64,000 bases of DNA from an uncultured Candidatus Saccharibacteria bacterium (GCA_964590725.1 CAZPWF010000003.1:1649-65648); one strand, 5' to 3'. Positions 1 through 10,119 are shown, numbered from the stretch's first letter. The notes: generated by a model from the sequence alone, not told the origin. A program made the numbers and translations.

Positions 1-2
1 TC

Positions 3-2375
3 GACAGCAAGGGTGCAGTTATTGTAACGTTCTCAGGTACAGGATTTGAAGCTGCAATACCTGATCCTTACTTAACAACTGCCGGTAAGATCATGTATGT
101 AACCGCAGCTAACGGCACAAGGGACTTCACACTATGTTTGAACGACGTTGCTGCCGGTGCGTCGTACGATGGAACCTGTAATACTACCGCTGGTAACACA
201 ATTTCTATGCGCGCTAACACGACGGCTACTCTGATATGGAATGGTAGCGATTGGACAGCTGCAGGTGCTTCTAGCTCGACTGACCTTCAGTCTGCCTATA
301 ACAACACACAGAGTTCTGCTGGAGCAGCTGAGTTGTTGGTCTCACAGTCTGGCACAAACAACTACGATGGTCTAACAATCCGCAACAATACCACTAACTC
401 TATTACTGGTGCATTATTCGAAGTTCAGACAGCGATCGGTTCGAACCTAATCAGTATCAACAATAACGCAATCGAATACGCTGTTAACGGCGGTGGCGAA
501 TCCAGCACATTCACAGCATGGACGGGCACACCTGTGAGCGGTACGATCGTTCGCGATACGACAACTTTTGCGACTGGACAGGGCTCGGCAGAGGTTACAA
601 CTACGGCTGCTGCAGGCTCTGGTGTTGAAAACACTCTATCGTCGGCACTGACAAACGGTCTAAAATACACAGTTTCATATTCTATAAAGGCAGATTCTGC
701 ATATGACGGTTTCACAGCTCTCGACACTGTTTACTCATACAACGGCACAGATATTCGTTACTGTGTAACCGGCACGCCATATTACAGCACTGGTACGGCT
801 AGCCAGACTGCCTCAACTACAGCTGTAGGTGTAGGTACAACCTGGACGGCTGCAATGGTTGGCAAGACACTTTATTACGCCGACGGAAACTCAGCTAAGG
901 TCACTGCATTTACAGACGCCACTCACTTAACGGTAGACAAGAGTCAGACTGTCGCAAGCCAGAATTATGGCATATACAACGCTGGCTTTACTGTTGGTAA
1001 GGCCGTATGGACTCGAGTAACTTGTACTTTCTACGCACCACCAACAGGTACAACAATCACTGCAAGTAACTCTGTAATGATTCGTCAAACTTCTGATAGT
1101 GCAATTGCTCGTGTCTTCAACGTTGATAACTTGAGTGTTACTGTTAGCGCTGATGTTAATCACGCATCTGACGGAAGTGTAGACTCTGCATTGGGCACTA
1201 ACTGGACAGCTTATGATGCGGACGGTGGTGCGGGTACTACTACACCTACGAGAGACACTACAAACATATATGATACTAGTGGTGCTGTTGCCGACGTTAC
1301 AAGTGCGCACATTAACGAAGGTGTTCGAAACAACATGACTATAACTCCTTCTGTTAGCACGCAATACCTAGTTAGTTTCTACGCAAAATTGGCAAGTGGT
1401 TCATTTACCGATCTAACGGTAGGATTCTTGCCTGCGGGCGGTAATAGCGCACCTGTCACTGCCCAACTTTGTACTGACTACAATACTCAGACGCTGTCGA
1501 CGACCGCCTGGACCAAGATCACCTGTATTATTACAACCCCAAGTTCTGGCATTTCTGACCCTGATATCGTCATATATCAGCCAACTGCAACAGCACGAAC
1601 TTTCTACGTTGATGCACTATCTGTAACATTGAACACAAACAACTCTAGCAATGTCCAGATTGGTGGCGCCAACAAGGGTGGCCCAACGACTCTATTGACA
1701 CTTGATCGTGGCTCAAACGCACCAATCGCAGCAAACAACGACGCTTACTTGGGTTCTATGTACTACGACACTACTACTGGTCGAATCCAATGTTACGAAG
1801 CTGACGGCTGGGGTGCTTGTGGATCTGCTCCAGATAACATCGTTAACCTTAACCCAGAATATGCGGGTGCAGTTCTTAACGGTACAGGCGTAGGAACAAT
1901 GAGCGCCGACTTCTGCGCTAACCAATCTGGCGTGCTACAGGTTAACTACTCAGCTGCATCTGACCCGTGTTTCACAGCTGGCGAAGTACATAACTACTAC
2001 AAATGGACTTCACCACAGGCTTCACCACAGGCATATAGCATTTACGTAACCTACCAATTGCCGTCAACATTCAAGAACTTCGCTAGTGATGATACTGTGC
2101 AGTTAAGTGCCCGACGAAGTAGTTCTAGCGCGTCTGTTGCCTACGAAATGTTCCGAAGTGAAAATGGAACTATCAGTCAGTGTGGTACTTCGACAACTGT
2201 AACGACTTCTGACAATACCTGGCAGACGGTTGGCATTAACGGTAACGAGTCGACAGGTTGTGGCTTTACGTCCGCTTCAGGTAGTGACTTCGTAATATTC
2301 AAGATTACAACTACAGCTCAGAGCAGTGCTAGTGCGTATGTTGGAACATTAACCTTTACGAGTACAGGTAACTAG
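3..2375 (+). CDS. C-terminal ~790 aa of a very large secreted fibre/surface protein (5' end outside window) with two CBM4/9-like modules
   Basis: The frame is open from nt 3 (no stop upstream of the ATG at 93), so the gene starts left of the window. The protein is T/S/G/N/A-rich with very few charged residues. Two ~170-190 aa segments look like CBM4/9 / galactose-binding-like jelly rolls, ending in ...WTRVTCTFYAP... and ...WTKITCIIT...TFYVDALSVT. It shares the motifs TTAGKIMYV...LIWNGSDWTAA and MYYDTTTGRIQCYEADGWGAC with the 2499-aa protein at 10120-17619. Confidence 0.8.
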   Translation, partial: DSKGAVIVTFSGTGFEAAIPDPYLTTAGKIMYVTAANGTRDFTLCLNDVAAGASYDGTCNTTAGNTISMRANTTATLIWNGSDWTAAGASSSTDLQSAYNNTQSSAGAAELLVSQSGTNNYDGLTIRNNTTNSITGALFEVQTAIGSNLISINNNAIEYAVNGGGESSTFTAWTGTPVSGTIVRDTTTFATGQGSAEVTTTAAAGSGVENTLSSALTNGLKYTVSYSIKADSAYDGFTALDTVYSYNGTDIRYCVTGTPYYSTGTASQTASTTAVGVGTTWTAAMVGKTLYYADGNSAKVTAFTDATHLTVDKSQTVASQNYGIYNAGFTVGKAVWTRVTCTFYAPPTGTTITASNSVMIRQTSDSAIARVFNVDNLSVTVSADVNHASDGSVDSALGTNWTAYDADGGAGTTTPTRDTTNIYDTSGAVADVTSAHINEGVRNNMTITPSVSTQYLVSFYAKLASGSFTDLTVGFLPAGGNSAPVTAQLCTDYNTQTLSTTAWTKITCIITTPSSGISDPDIVIYQPTATARTFYVDALSVTLNTNNSSNVQIGGANKGGPTTLLTLDRGSNAPIAANNDAYLGSMYYDTTTGRIQCYEADGWGACGSAPDNIVNLNPEYAGAVLNGTGVGTMSADFCANQSGVLQVNYSAASDPCFTAGEVHNYYKWTSPQASPQAYSIYVTYQLPSTFKNFASDDTVQLSARRSSSSASVAYEMFRSENGTISQCGTSTTVTTSDNTWQTVGINGNESTGCGFTSASGSDFVIFKITTTAQSSASAYVGTLTFTSTGN

Positions 2376-2630
2376 TATGCGTAAATTTAAAACACAACTT
2401 AAAATGCTACAAAACACAATTCTCTTAAGTCATTCATTCGGTGGCTTATCACCACTGAATGGGCCCTGTCGTTAAAGGCCGGGCATCCTCGCAAGCAAAA
2501 CTACTTTTCCCGGGTAGTTTTGGAAGCTGATGCCAGGTGACAGGTGACCAAAACAAAAAACCTCTTTGTGCCGCTCTACATAAGAGCGGACCACCTCTTA
2601 AACAAAAATAAAAACCCAACAAAAACAAAA

Positions 2631-2676
2631 AACACCCTTGGAAATTGCGATAATTTATCGCATTTCCAGGGGTGTT
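2631..2676. other. long near-perfect hairpin (about 21-bp stem, 3-nt loop) in the intergenic region before the Kelch gene
   Basis: aacacccttggaaattgcgata / att / tatcgcatttccaggggtgtt pairs with one bulged T (2645) and one G-U. It is flanked by an A/C-rich run on the left, which is a T-run on the minus strand, so it could act as a terminator for either direction. Confidence 0.6.
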
Positions 2677-2741
2677 ATATGTTAAAATTAAGACATTAGG
2701 GGAATAGCCGTAAATTGCGGCTGCAAAACAGCAATCTATAG

Positions 2742-5700
2742 ATGGATAATAATAGATACAACAGGGATACTACTAGATATCGCCCTCAACCAGCAGGGAA
2801 TAGTACTTCGGTTACCAATAATTTAGCAAACCAAAACAACCCCGTTGAATTAAAGCCAGAAGGCAAACATAAAGGCTTACACAAAAAGAAGCGCCTAAAG
2901 CGATTTACTCGCAAAGATGGTTTAGTGGTGATTCGGCTGCCCAAGTTCGTTCAAAAATCGTTGGACTTTACCATCCGACATAGGGTTATGTTTAGAATTT
3001 GCTGCATATTATTGGCGGGGCTGTTGGTGTTTACTCTTTATCGAGAAATGAGTGGACCAAAGAACAACGAAGGCAAGTACAACATTAACCCTTCGGCTCG
3101 ACCGCTACTTAGCGAAACCAATGATTCTTACGGCGAAAAGCTTGTATATGATGCCAAGGCCGAGGTGTTCGAGTATAACAAAGACTATAAATCGCCTGAT
3201 GCCAGTAATGGCGCCGGATTTAGTGGTAGCCCAAAATTCAGCGCTAGTTTCCCTATGGATTCTGCCAAAGGTATGACTGTAAAAGATCCAGATACAGAAT
3301 CTAAGGTTACATTTAAGCCAAAATACAAATTGGGTGATCCTCGCAAAGAAAAAAATAGACTTATATATCCGATAGATTCTTATAACGCATCTAAGGTAAT
3401 AAGCACCGGAGGCGCGGGTTTTAAAGAAGATATTGTCTTAAATGAATATAAAGGCGACAAGATATCTTTTACCTATGAACTAGAAATGGACGATGGACTT
3501 GAGGCGCGGATGCAGCCTGATGGTTCGCTTGGTGTATATGGCGTTCAAAAAGTGTTGCTTGGTAATGTCAGCACGGGTAGTGAAGCAGATGCAAAATTGT
3601 TAGAAAATGCTCGAAAGAACGGCGAAAAAACGAACTTGATTTTTGTTTTTCCCGCGCCGTTCGTAAAAGAATCTAACAAATCTGGTACTGAAACTAAATC
3701 GAAATTTATACTGGATGGCAAAAGGTTAACAGTAGAAACCACGGGTCTCAAAAAAGCTAATTATCCACTGACCATTGACCCTAGTGTATATCTGGATTCA
3801 GCCACAGAGTTTATGCGTGGAAATAACGAAACCAATATAGACTTTGATGTTACGAATAGTTTGATAGAAAAGGGAGTCCTAACTGGGGCAAGATTCGAAA
3901 CTTGGACCGCAACTACCGCACTCAATGCTGCTCGCTGGAATGGGGCTACGGTGGTTGCTGGCGGGTATATATATTTAATTGGTGGTAGTAGTGGTACGAC
4001 AAACTTTGGCAATGTGTATTGGGCAAAGCTAAATACCTCGACTTACACTATCGATAGTCCTACGCCAGGTAGTGGGGCGGCGTGCACTAACTGGTGCACT
4101 AATACTCAGTATGACTTACCATCGTCGCAAGTAAGACGTGGACTATCGGCGGTCGCCTATAATGGTTATTTGTATGCAATTGGCGGCAAGGATGCAGCTT
4201 GTGCAGGAACTAACACTGTTTGTGGAACTGTGTATGTTGCTAAAGTTGGGGCAAATGGTGAGCCAATTAGCTGGACGGCAACTAGCTCACTAGCTACCGA
4301 TAGAAGTTATTTTGGTGCCACAGTCTATGATAATAAGATTTATGTAGCAGGAGGCCAAACTGATGCCAGTCTTAACGGTGATTCAACCTTAGAGTATGCA
4401 AGCATTAAACCTGATGGCGCCTTGAGTGCATGGACGGTCAGCGGCGTTGCCTTGCCAGCTACTTTATGGGGTCATAGTATGTTGCAGTATAATGGCTACC
4501 TTTATCTAATTGGCGGAACAAGTACAGCTACAGTCCAAGCGACAGTTTATTACAACAAAATCCAATCTACTGGATTGCCGGCGAGCTCGTGGACTGCGAC
4601 AACTAGTTTTGGAACGGCTAGGGGGACATACGGTGGTAATTTTGCCACAATAGGAGGTGGATATATTTATATTATTGGTGGCTGTAGTGCCATGACAACA
4701 ACTAACTGTTCGACCGGTATAAGTAATGCCAACGGGCAGTTAGCAAGCATTAATGCAGACGGAACGGTTAGTGACTGGACGGCGTTTACTTTGACCGGTA
4801 GTACGGGCACTTTGTCTGGTCACGGTCTGGCGTTTTGGCGGAACAATATCTATTCAGTAGGGGGCTGTAGTGTCGCCACTACGACTAGTAATTGCGGAAC
4901 AGCCATAACAACAACCCGTTACGGAGCAATTAAAGCTGATGGTGACGTCAGTCCAAAAACTAACGAAACTACCTTGCCGGCAATTGGTGCAGCCAATGGC
5001 CAAGTTGGTCGTCATAATGCAGTTGTGGTAGTTAATGATGGCTGGATTTATAACGCGGGTGGCTGTGCGGTCAATAACTGTGGATCAATGAGTGATAATA
5101 CGGCCTATGCTGCGATTGCAGCAGACGGTACTATTGGAGCCTGGACGGTTGATAATAGTGGCCTTAGAGGGACTACAGGACAGGGCGCTGCTGGAGGCGC
5201 GGTGTATAACAATTATATCTATGTGGTGGGCGGCACTAGCGGTGCTATAGGAGGGTTTACTAGGAGTATTTGGAGGGCTCCTCTCAATGTCGATACAGAC
5301 CATTCTGTGGGCACATGGACAGAAGAGACTAATCAGCTAGGATCCGCTTACGGGATGATGGGAGTTTTTACCAGGTCTTATAGTGGGACGTCCGGCAATA
5401 TGTATATAGTCGGTGGTTGCGAGAGCAATACTGCTGCCGGTATTGGCTGCGGGGCGTCTTGGAAGACGGATGTATTGAAGTGCACTATAGCTCATGCAGA
5501 TGGTTCTATAGGGGGTACTTGTTCTACTGCAAGCCAGCTTCAGCTGCAAGATTTTGATGGTGATGTGGCAGGAACTCAAGGTTTAGGGGCTATGGCCTAT
5601 GCTATGTGGAGTGATTATTTGTATTTGGCTGGAGGTGTTTGCGGATTAGGAAATGGAGACGGTACGGCTGCCGATACCAACTCTGGCTGTGACGGAACAA

Positions 5701-7631
5701 GCAATACTACGGGGGATAATAATTACACGACGTCAGAAACAAATAAGGTCTGGGTAGCGAAAATCAATGCTAGTGGTAATATTGTTAAGGCAGATGTAAG
5801 TGCTAATAATGAGTGGCAGATCACTTCTAACAAGTTACCGCAGTCTAGGCGCCGAGGTGTAGCATTCGCAGTCAATGGTTACTTTTATGCTGCCGGAGGA
5901 CATGATGGGACTAACGGGACTGATGTAACGCTTAGTGATGTTGCTTTTGCAAAGATTAATCCTATAACAGGTGATCTTAATGCTTTTACTTCTGCCTCAC
6001 AAGGCGGCAGTACTAACAATATTATTTCTTCTCGTTGGGGACACGGCTATGTGGCTGCAAATGGTTATTTGTATTTTGTTGGTGGCTGTTCCGCGGGCGC
6101 CCCAGCCAATAGTTGTTCGTCTACGACCGGTGGAGTAGAAAGTGTACAGGTGTATAACAATTATAGCGGTTCGCCATATTCTTATGCTACTACCGGCTTG
6201 CCTGCGACAGATAGATACGGAGCGGGTTCAGTAATACACAATGGATTTATATATTTGGCTGGAGGTTGTACGAGCACCACAGACTGTACTACGGCGACGG
6301 CTAACGTAGAGTTTGCGCCTATAAATAATGACGGCACGATTGGTACTTGGGGTAACACCACCGACAATGATTTAGGAACTGCTCAGTTGAGAGGTTGGGG
6401 TAAGTTGGTTGTTGCAGGGAATACACTGTACTTTATTGGTGGTCAGACTAGTGGTTCTACTAATGGTAATGCGCAAGTATATTGGGGAACGCCCAATACT
6501 TCAACCGGGCAAGTTACCGCATGGGCTCAAGCGACTAATGGATTGCCGGCTGGGCGAACCGATTTTGGCGCGGCAGTATGGAACGATCGTATATACGTAA
6601 CTGGTGGGCGCGACGCCGCTGGTGCAGTTTCGAATGTCGTATATGCTAGTCCAGATTTGAGTGCTGGAGGTGATATAGGCTCTGCTTGGACCACAACAGG
6701 TATGACGGCTTTTACTGGAGCGCGCAGCGGAGTTACAGCTATCACTTACTCTAATACACTTTATGTGTTGGGCGGCTATAACGGTACCAACTATATGAAT
6801 GATGTCCAGTATGCGGCTATCGCTTCGGATGGAACAATAGGTTCGTGGGCGTACGGCAATTCGTTACCTATTATGGTAAGACAAGCTTCCGGGTTTGCGG
6901 CTAACGGCTATATTTATTTGTTCGGGGGGCGGCAAACCGATACAACATGTTCTACTAACACTTACTCAACCTCAATTGCAGGGTTTGGTGCCGGCAGTAG
7001 TGCTCGCTATGGAATTGGTCAGTGGTCTCAGACAAATGTTTCATATAGCACAACTCGTTATGGTGTTGCGGCGTCTTATTATCAGGGTAGGACATATTTA
7101 ATCGGAGGACAATGTAATTCCGTATTAACTGGCGCCAATAGATCGTACTACAGTACTTTGCAGGCTCAGCCGCAGAAGTCTATATACTCGTTCTATATAA
7201 ATACTGATATCGACGTATTCGCAAATAAGTTTCTATTGAATGGCATCGACAATGGTATTGGCGCTCGCTGGAAGATGAATTATAAGTCATCAGCAGATCT
7301 AACTAGTGCTGCTTGCGCAACTATGACTGACTGGGGTCAAAATACAACTTATAATACAACGGGTATTGTCACGCTTGGTACTGTTTCTACATATACTCCA
7401 AAAGATGGAAGTGGCACCAACATATTCTGCGCTCGGTATTATTACATGTCGGTTAGCATAGATAGCACACAAGCTTTTGGGTTTCCAGAGGATGTCTCCA
7501 GGGGTCCAACCATAAATGATATGTCACTATTCTTTACTTCTAACCCATCTAAACGCTTAAGACATGGAAAGTCGTTTACTGACGGTACTCAGCAACCACT
7601 AGATACACCTTGTGGTTCACCGAGTTGTTAA
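2742..7631 (+). CDS. membrane-anchored Kelch-repeat beta-propeller protein, 1629 aa (18 blades)
   Basis: A basic N-terminal tail is followed by the hydrophobic segment FRICCILLAGLLVFTLY. Met83 is an alternative start that would give a classical signal peptide. I count 18 consecutive blades with the Kelch-like signature h-Y-h-x-GG (GYIYLIGG, GYLYAIGG, NKIYVAGG, GYLYLIGG ... NGYIYLFGG, GRTYLIGG). Most are followed by a conserved Trp (ISWTATS, SAWTVSG, SSWTATT, GAWTVDN ...). Eight blades carry a Cys pair right after GG (e.g. GGCSAMTTTNC, GGCAVNNC, GGCTSTTDC). A ~190-aa non-repeat C-terminal domain follows. No Shine-Dalgarno sequence precedes the ATG at 2742. Confidence 0.85.
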   Translation: MDNNRYNRDTTRYRPQPAGNSTSVTNNLANQNNPVELKPEGKHKGLHKKKRLKRFTRKDGLVVIRLPKFVQKSLDFTIRHRVMFRICCILLAGLLVFTLYREMSGPKNNEGKYNINPSARPLLSETNDSYGEKLVYDAKAEVFEYNKDYKSPDASNGAGFSGSPKFSASFPMDSAKGMTVKDPDTESKVTFKPKYKLGDPRKEKNRLIYPIDSYNASKVISTGGAGFKEDIVLNEYKGDKISFTYELEMDDGLEARMQPDGSLGVYGVQKVLLGNVSTGSEADAKLLENARKNGEKTNLIFVFPAPFVKESNKSGTETKSKFILDGKRLTVETTGLKKANYPLTIDPSVYLDSATEFMRGNNETNIDFDVTNSLIEKGVLTGARFETWTATTALNAARWNGATVVAGGYIYLIGGSSGTTNFGNVYWAKLNTSTYTIDSPTPGSGAACTNWCTNTQYDLPSSQVRRGLSAVAYNGYLYAIGGKDAACAGTNTVCGTVYVAKVGANGEPISWTATSSLATDRSYFGATVYDNKIYVAGGQTDASLNGDSTLEYASIKPDGALSAWTVSGVALPATLWGHSMLQYNGYLYLIGGTSTATVQATVYYNKIQSTGLPASSWTATTSFGTARGTYGGNFATIGGGYIYIIGGCSAMTTTNCSTGISNANGQLASINADGTVSDWTAFTLTGSTGTLSGHGLAFWRNNIYSVGGCSVATTTSNCGTAITTTRYGAIKADGDVSPKTNETTLPAIGAANGQVGRHNAVVVVNDGWIYNAGGCAVNNCGSMSDNTAYAAIAADGTIGAWTVDNSGLRGTTGQGAAGGAVYNNYIYVVGGTSGAIGGFTRSIWRAPLNVDTDHSVGTWTEETNQLGSAYGMMGVFTRSYSGTSGNMYIVGGCESNTAAGIGCGASWKTDVLKCTIAHADGSIGGTCSTASQLQLQDFDGDVAGTQGLGAMAYAMWSDYLYLAGGVCGLGNGDGTAADTNSGCDGTSNTTGDNNYTTSETNKVWVAKINASGNIVKADVSANNEWQITSNKLPQSRRRGVAFAVNGYFYAAGGHDGTNGTDVTLSDVAFAKINPITGDLNAFTSASQGGSTNNIISSRWGHGYVAANGYLYFVGGCSAGAPANSCSSTTGGVESVQVYNNYSGSPYSYATTGLPATDRYGAGSVIHNGFIYLAGGCTSTTDCTTATANVEFAPINNDGTIGTWGNTTDNDLGTAQLRGWGKLVVAGNTLYFIGGQTSGSTNGNAQVYWGTPNTSTGQVTAWAQATNGLPAGRTDFGAAVWNDRIYVTGGRDAAGAVSNVVYASPDLSAGGDIGSAWTTTGMTAFTGARSGVTAITYSNTLYVLGGYNGTNYMNDVQYAAIASDGTIGSWAYGNSLPIMVRQASGFAANGYIYLFGGRQTDTTCSTNTYSTSIAGFGAGSSARYGIGQWSQTNVSYSTTRYGVAASYYQGRTYLIGGQCNSVLTGANRSYYSTLQAQPQKSIYSFYINTDIDVFANKFLLNGIDNGIGARWKMNYKSSADLTSAACATMTDWGQNTTYNTTGIVTLGTVSTYTPKDGSGTNIFCARYYYMSVSIDSTQAFGFPEDVSRGPTINDMSLFFTSNPSKRLRHGKSFTDGTQQPLDTPCGSPSC

Positions 7632-7635
7632 GTAT

Positions 7636-8595
7636 TCATTTCAAAGAATTAATATAATCGAAGGCTAGTTTTGATACTTCAGCAATATGTTTGTCTGTTT
7701 GTTCTGTATCGGGACCTTTAATCATAACGCAAAGCACGTAATTACGCTTCGGGTAGTATATAATCCCGCAATCACTTTGTGTATCCTGAGAGTAACTACC
7801 AATTTTATGCGCCACCTTAATATCTTTATTTGGTATTCCTGCAGCCAGCCGATCCATGAAGACGCTTTTCGTTAGAAATTGAAGAATCTCTTGAGAATCT
7901 TCTTTGTTGTTATAACAGGCAAAGTATAGGCATTTTAGCAGGGAACTATAGGAACGGGCGCTTACGGATATGGTGGAATTATCATTTTGTGTTAAATCGA
8001 TATCTAAATATTTGTGAGGACGCTGTTCTTCGTCTACTTTGTTTGCGACCGATTGCGCAATCGCATTTAGGGCTGTATTGTCGGAATTCTCTAGCATAAT
8101 TTTAACCGCATCATTTAGAGATAGTGAGTAGCCGGCCCCTTTTTTATATAATTCACCATATGCATCGTCAAGCATCTGGTTATTTAATGTCACGCGATCA
8201 CTCAGTTTTAACTTTCCTAGTTCAGCTGCTTTATAAAGTTCCATCGCAAAAGGCAGTTTGAGTAATGATGCACCTACTTGCTGAGTATCTCCGTCGACTC
8301 GTATAGATGTGCCGGTCGGCAGATATTCAAAATATATGCTTCCCGCAAGGCCGTTGTTTGCATAGTAATCTTTGATTTGCTGGCGTAACGGCGAAAAATT
8401 AACTTGAGGATCATTTGGATCATCTATAAAGATTCTTTTTGCCAGTAAATCAAACTTTTCAGCATCTTTTTGCGATGTAATAGTTTTTGCGTTATTTGAA
8501 GTAGTAGAATTTTTACCGATAGAGTATGACGAGTAAATTACTAGACCCAGGACAGAGGCCAGTCCAGTTATGTATAGTATTTTTTTAAAATTCAT
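7636..8595 (-). CDS. membrane-anchored serine hydrolase of the class A beta-lactamase fold
   Basis: 319-aa ORF with an N-terminal TM segment (ILYITGLASVLGLVIYSSY). The motifs occur in class-A order: SxxK (GASLLKLP), SDN (ENSDNTALN) and a KTG-like triad (HKIGSY). It is convergent with the Kelch gene, 4 nt apart. Confidence 0.7.
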   Translation of the reverse strand: MNFKKILYITGLASVLGLVIYSSYSIGKNSTTSNNAKTITSQKDAEKFDLLAKRIFIDDPNDPQVNFSPLRQQIKDYYANNGLAGSIYFEYLPTGTSIRVDGDTQQVGASLLKLPFAMELYKAAELGKLKLSDRVTLNNQMLDDAYGELYKKGAGYSLSLNDAVKIMLENSDNTALNAIAQSVANKVDEEQRPHKYLDIDLTQNDNSTISVSARSYSSLLKCLYFACYNNKEDSQEILQFLTKSVFMDRLAAGIPNKDIKVAHKIGSYSQDTQSDCGIIYYPKRNYVLCVMIKGPDTEQTDKHIAEVSKLAFDYINSLK

Positions 8596-8775
8596 TGTGG
8601 TTACAGATTATATCAAAAATGCCGGCATTAATCATTACTGCCCAGCCAGACGCCTACGCAGACAAAGAACGGCTAATATGCTTCCAGGGTTGGTCCTTGG
8701 AGGCTATAGATTAGAGTTGGGCGCGGCGAGGGTTGGGGGTGACTGATCGGGAGTTTTCTGTCAGAATATATATAG

Positions 8776-9882
8776 ATGAGTGAACAGGGTAAGAGAAGGG
8801 TAGAAAATACGCGTTTGGTGCGTTTACCGAACGGTCAGTTAGTCATGCAAAAAGTTGACGAGTCTTCCGATAGTGCTAAAAGAGAAGTTGCCCCTAAAGC
8901 AAATACCAATGTTTCGTTACCACGGGCAGAATCGATGAGTAATATGCCAGTTGGTCAGGAGCGCTTAGAGCAGTCCCGATCGAAGTTAAAATCAAAAAAA
9001 CAGAATAAATCAAAGAAAAAAACAGACGATAAAGATATTGGCGACGTTTGGGAAGAGCAGATGCGGCTAAAGGAAGAAGCTGACCGGCTTGAGTTGGAAT
9101 ACGAAATCGCCAAAAAAATGACCAAAGAACTAAAGAAAAAGGTTAGAGAGCGCGACCAGCCGTATAATTACGCTGACCCAGCGTTCAAGGATTTGCTTTC
9201 TCCAGAGGTCAAAGACTTTGGTAAAAAGCTTAAACCAGTTGCCGACAAGACAAAGGACATAGCTGGCAATTCTTGGTCAATTGCTAAAGTTTCTGCAAAA
9301 AAGATCAGAATTGGCGCAAAACTGTTAATAAAGAAGTATTTTGCTTCAAAAAAGGCTTTGATTGCTACACCGATCATTCTTGTACTAGTTGTCGGAGTGG
9401 TTGGTCTAGGTAATGTTATCGGTAATCGAAAAGGAAACGTATCGTCTCAGGCTGTGCAATCCGCAACAGATTCGCAGACACCAAAAATACCGCTCAATCA
9501 AAAGCCGGAATTTGCCGTATTAGTTCCAAAAAACAAAAAAATTGAGGACATGGGTGGTTTTGCCAAGGTCAGCCCGGCTAACAGTGCTGCAGCCTACGCC
9601 TTTATAGACCAAGTAAAAGGAGTAAACATCAAGGTAACGCAACAAAAGCTACCAGATACCATCAAGGCTAACCCAATAACAGAACTTGAAAAATTAGCAA
9701 AAAACTTCAACGCTACCAAGCAACTAGAGTTAGACGGTAACAGCGTTTATTCTGGTAAATCTGCCAAGGGTGCTCAGACCCTAATTTTTACAAAAGATGA
9801 CGTGCTTGTATTTATAGCTGCAGAAAGTACAGTCGCAGAAGTCGACTGGGTGCAATACCTTACAAATCTTAGTAAGCAGTAA
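8776..9882 (+). CDS. hypothetical single-pass membrane protein with a Lys/Glu-rich N-terminal region
   Basis: 368-aa ORF. It has a charged, coiled-coil-like N-terminal half (KSKKQNKSKKKTDDK..., EEADRLELEYEIAKKMTKELKKK), one TM segment (ALIATPIILVLVVGVVGLG), and a ~150-aa C-terminal ectodomain. I recognise no family. Confidence 0.6.
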   Translation: MSEQGKRRVENTRLVRLPNGQLVMQKVDESSDSAKREVAPKANTNVSLPRAESMSNMPVGQERLEQSRSKLKSKKQNKSKKKTDDKDIGDVWEEQMRLKEEADRLELEYEIAKKMTKELKKKVRERDQPYNYADPAFKDLLSPEVKDFGKKLKPVADKTKDIAGNSWSIAKVSAKKIRIGAKLLIKKYFASKKALIATPIILVLVVGVVGLGNVIGNRKGNVSSQAVQSATDSQTPKIPLNQKPEFAVLVPKNKKIEDMGGFAKVSPANSAAAYAFIDQVKGVNIKVTQQKLPDTIKANPITELEKLAKNFNATKQLELDGNSVYSGKSAKGAQTLIFTKDDVLVFIAAESTVAEVDWVQYLTNLSKQ

Positions 9883-10119
9883 TATGCTAGCAATATAACG
9901 CTAGTATAATAGTACTATGTACTGAAATAAGCGGTTTGTAAAGTTATCCACACCACAGGGGTGATTTATCTGTAAAACGCTTTACATAACTACCACTAGG
10001 GATTTACACTAGTAGAGATCTGATAAAAACAAAAACAAAAAAGAACCAGATCAACCAAAAATAGAACACTCTGTTCGCAGGGTATTCAAAACAAAAATAA
10101 ACAAAAAGAAGTAAGGCGA

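Noticed and set aside
431-446. The string gatcggttcgaacctaatc resembles a tRNA T-arm (GGTTCGAA).
   Set aside because: It lies inside the first giant CDS, and I could not build a matching acceptor, D or anticodon stem from the flanks.
2376-2741. I considered SRP RNA, 6S, tmRNA and RNase P for the structured spacer.
   Set aside because: I could not find the SRP domain-IV consensus (GGAA tetraloop with flanking AGCA/GNAR context) or other diagnostic motifs by eye. It is kept only as an unclassified structured region.
8683-8701. A 19-nt exact repeat, tccagggttggtccttgga, also present at 26288-26306 (inside prmC).
   Set aside because: The flanks are unrelated, one copy is coding and the other is intergenic, and no third copy or inverted partner was found. 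It is too short to interpret and is possibly chance or a tiny relic.
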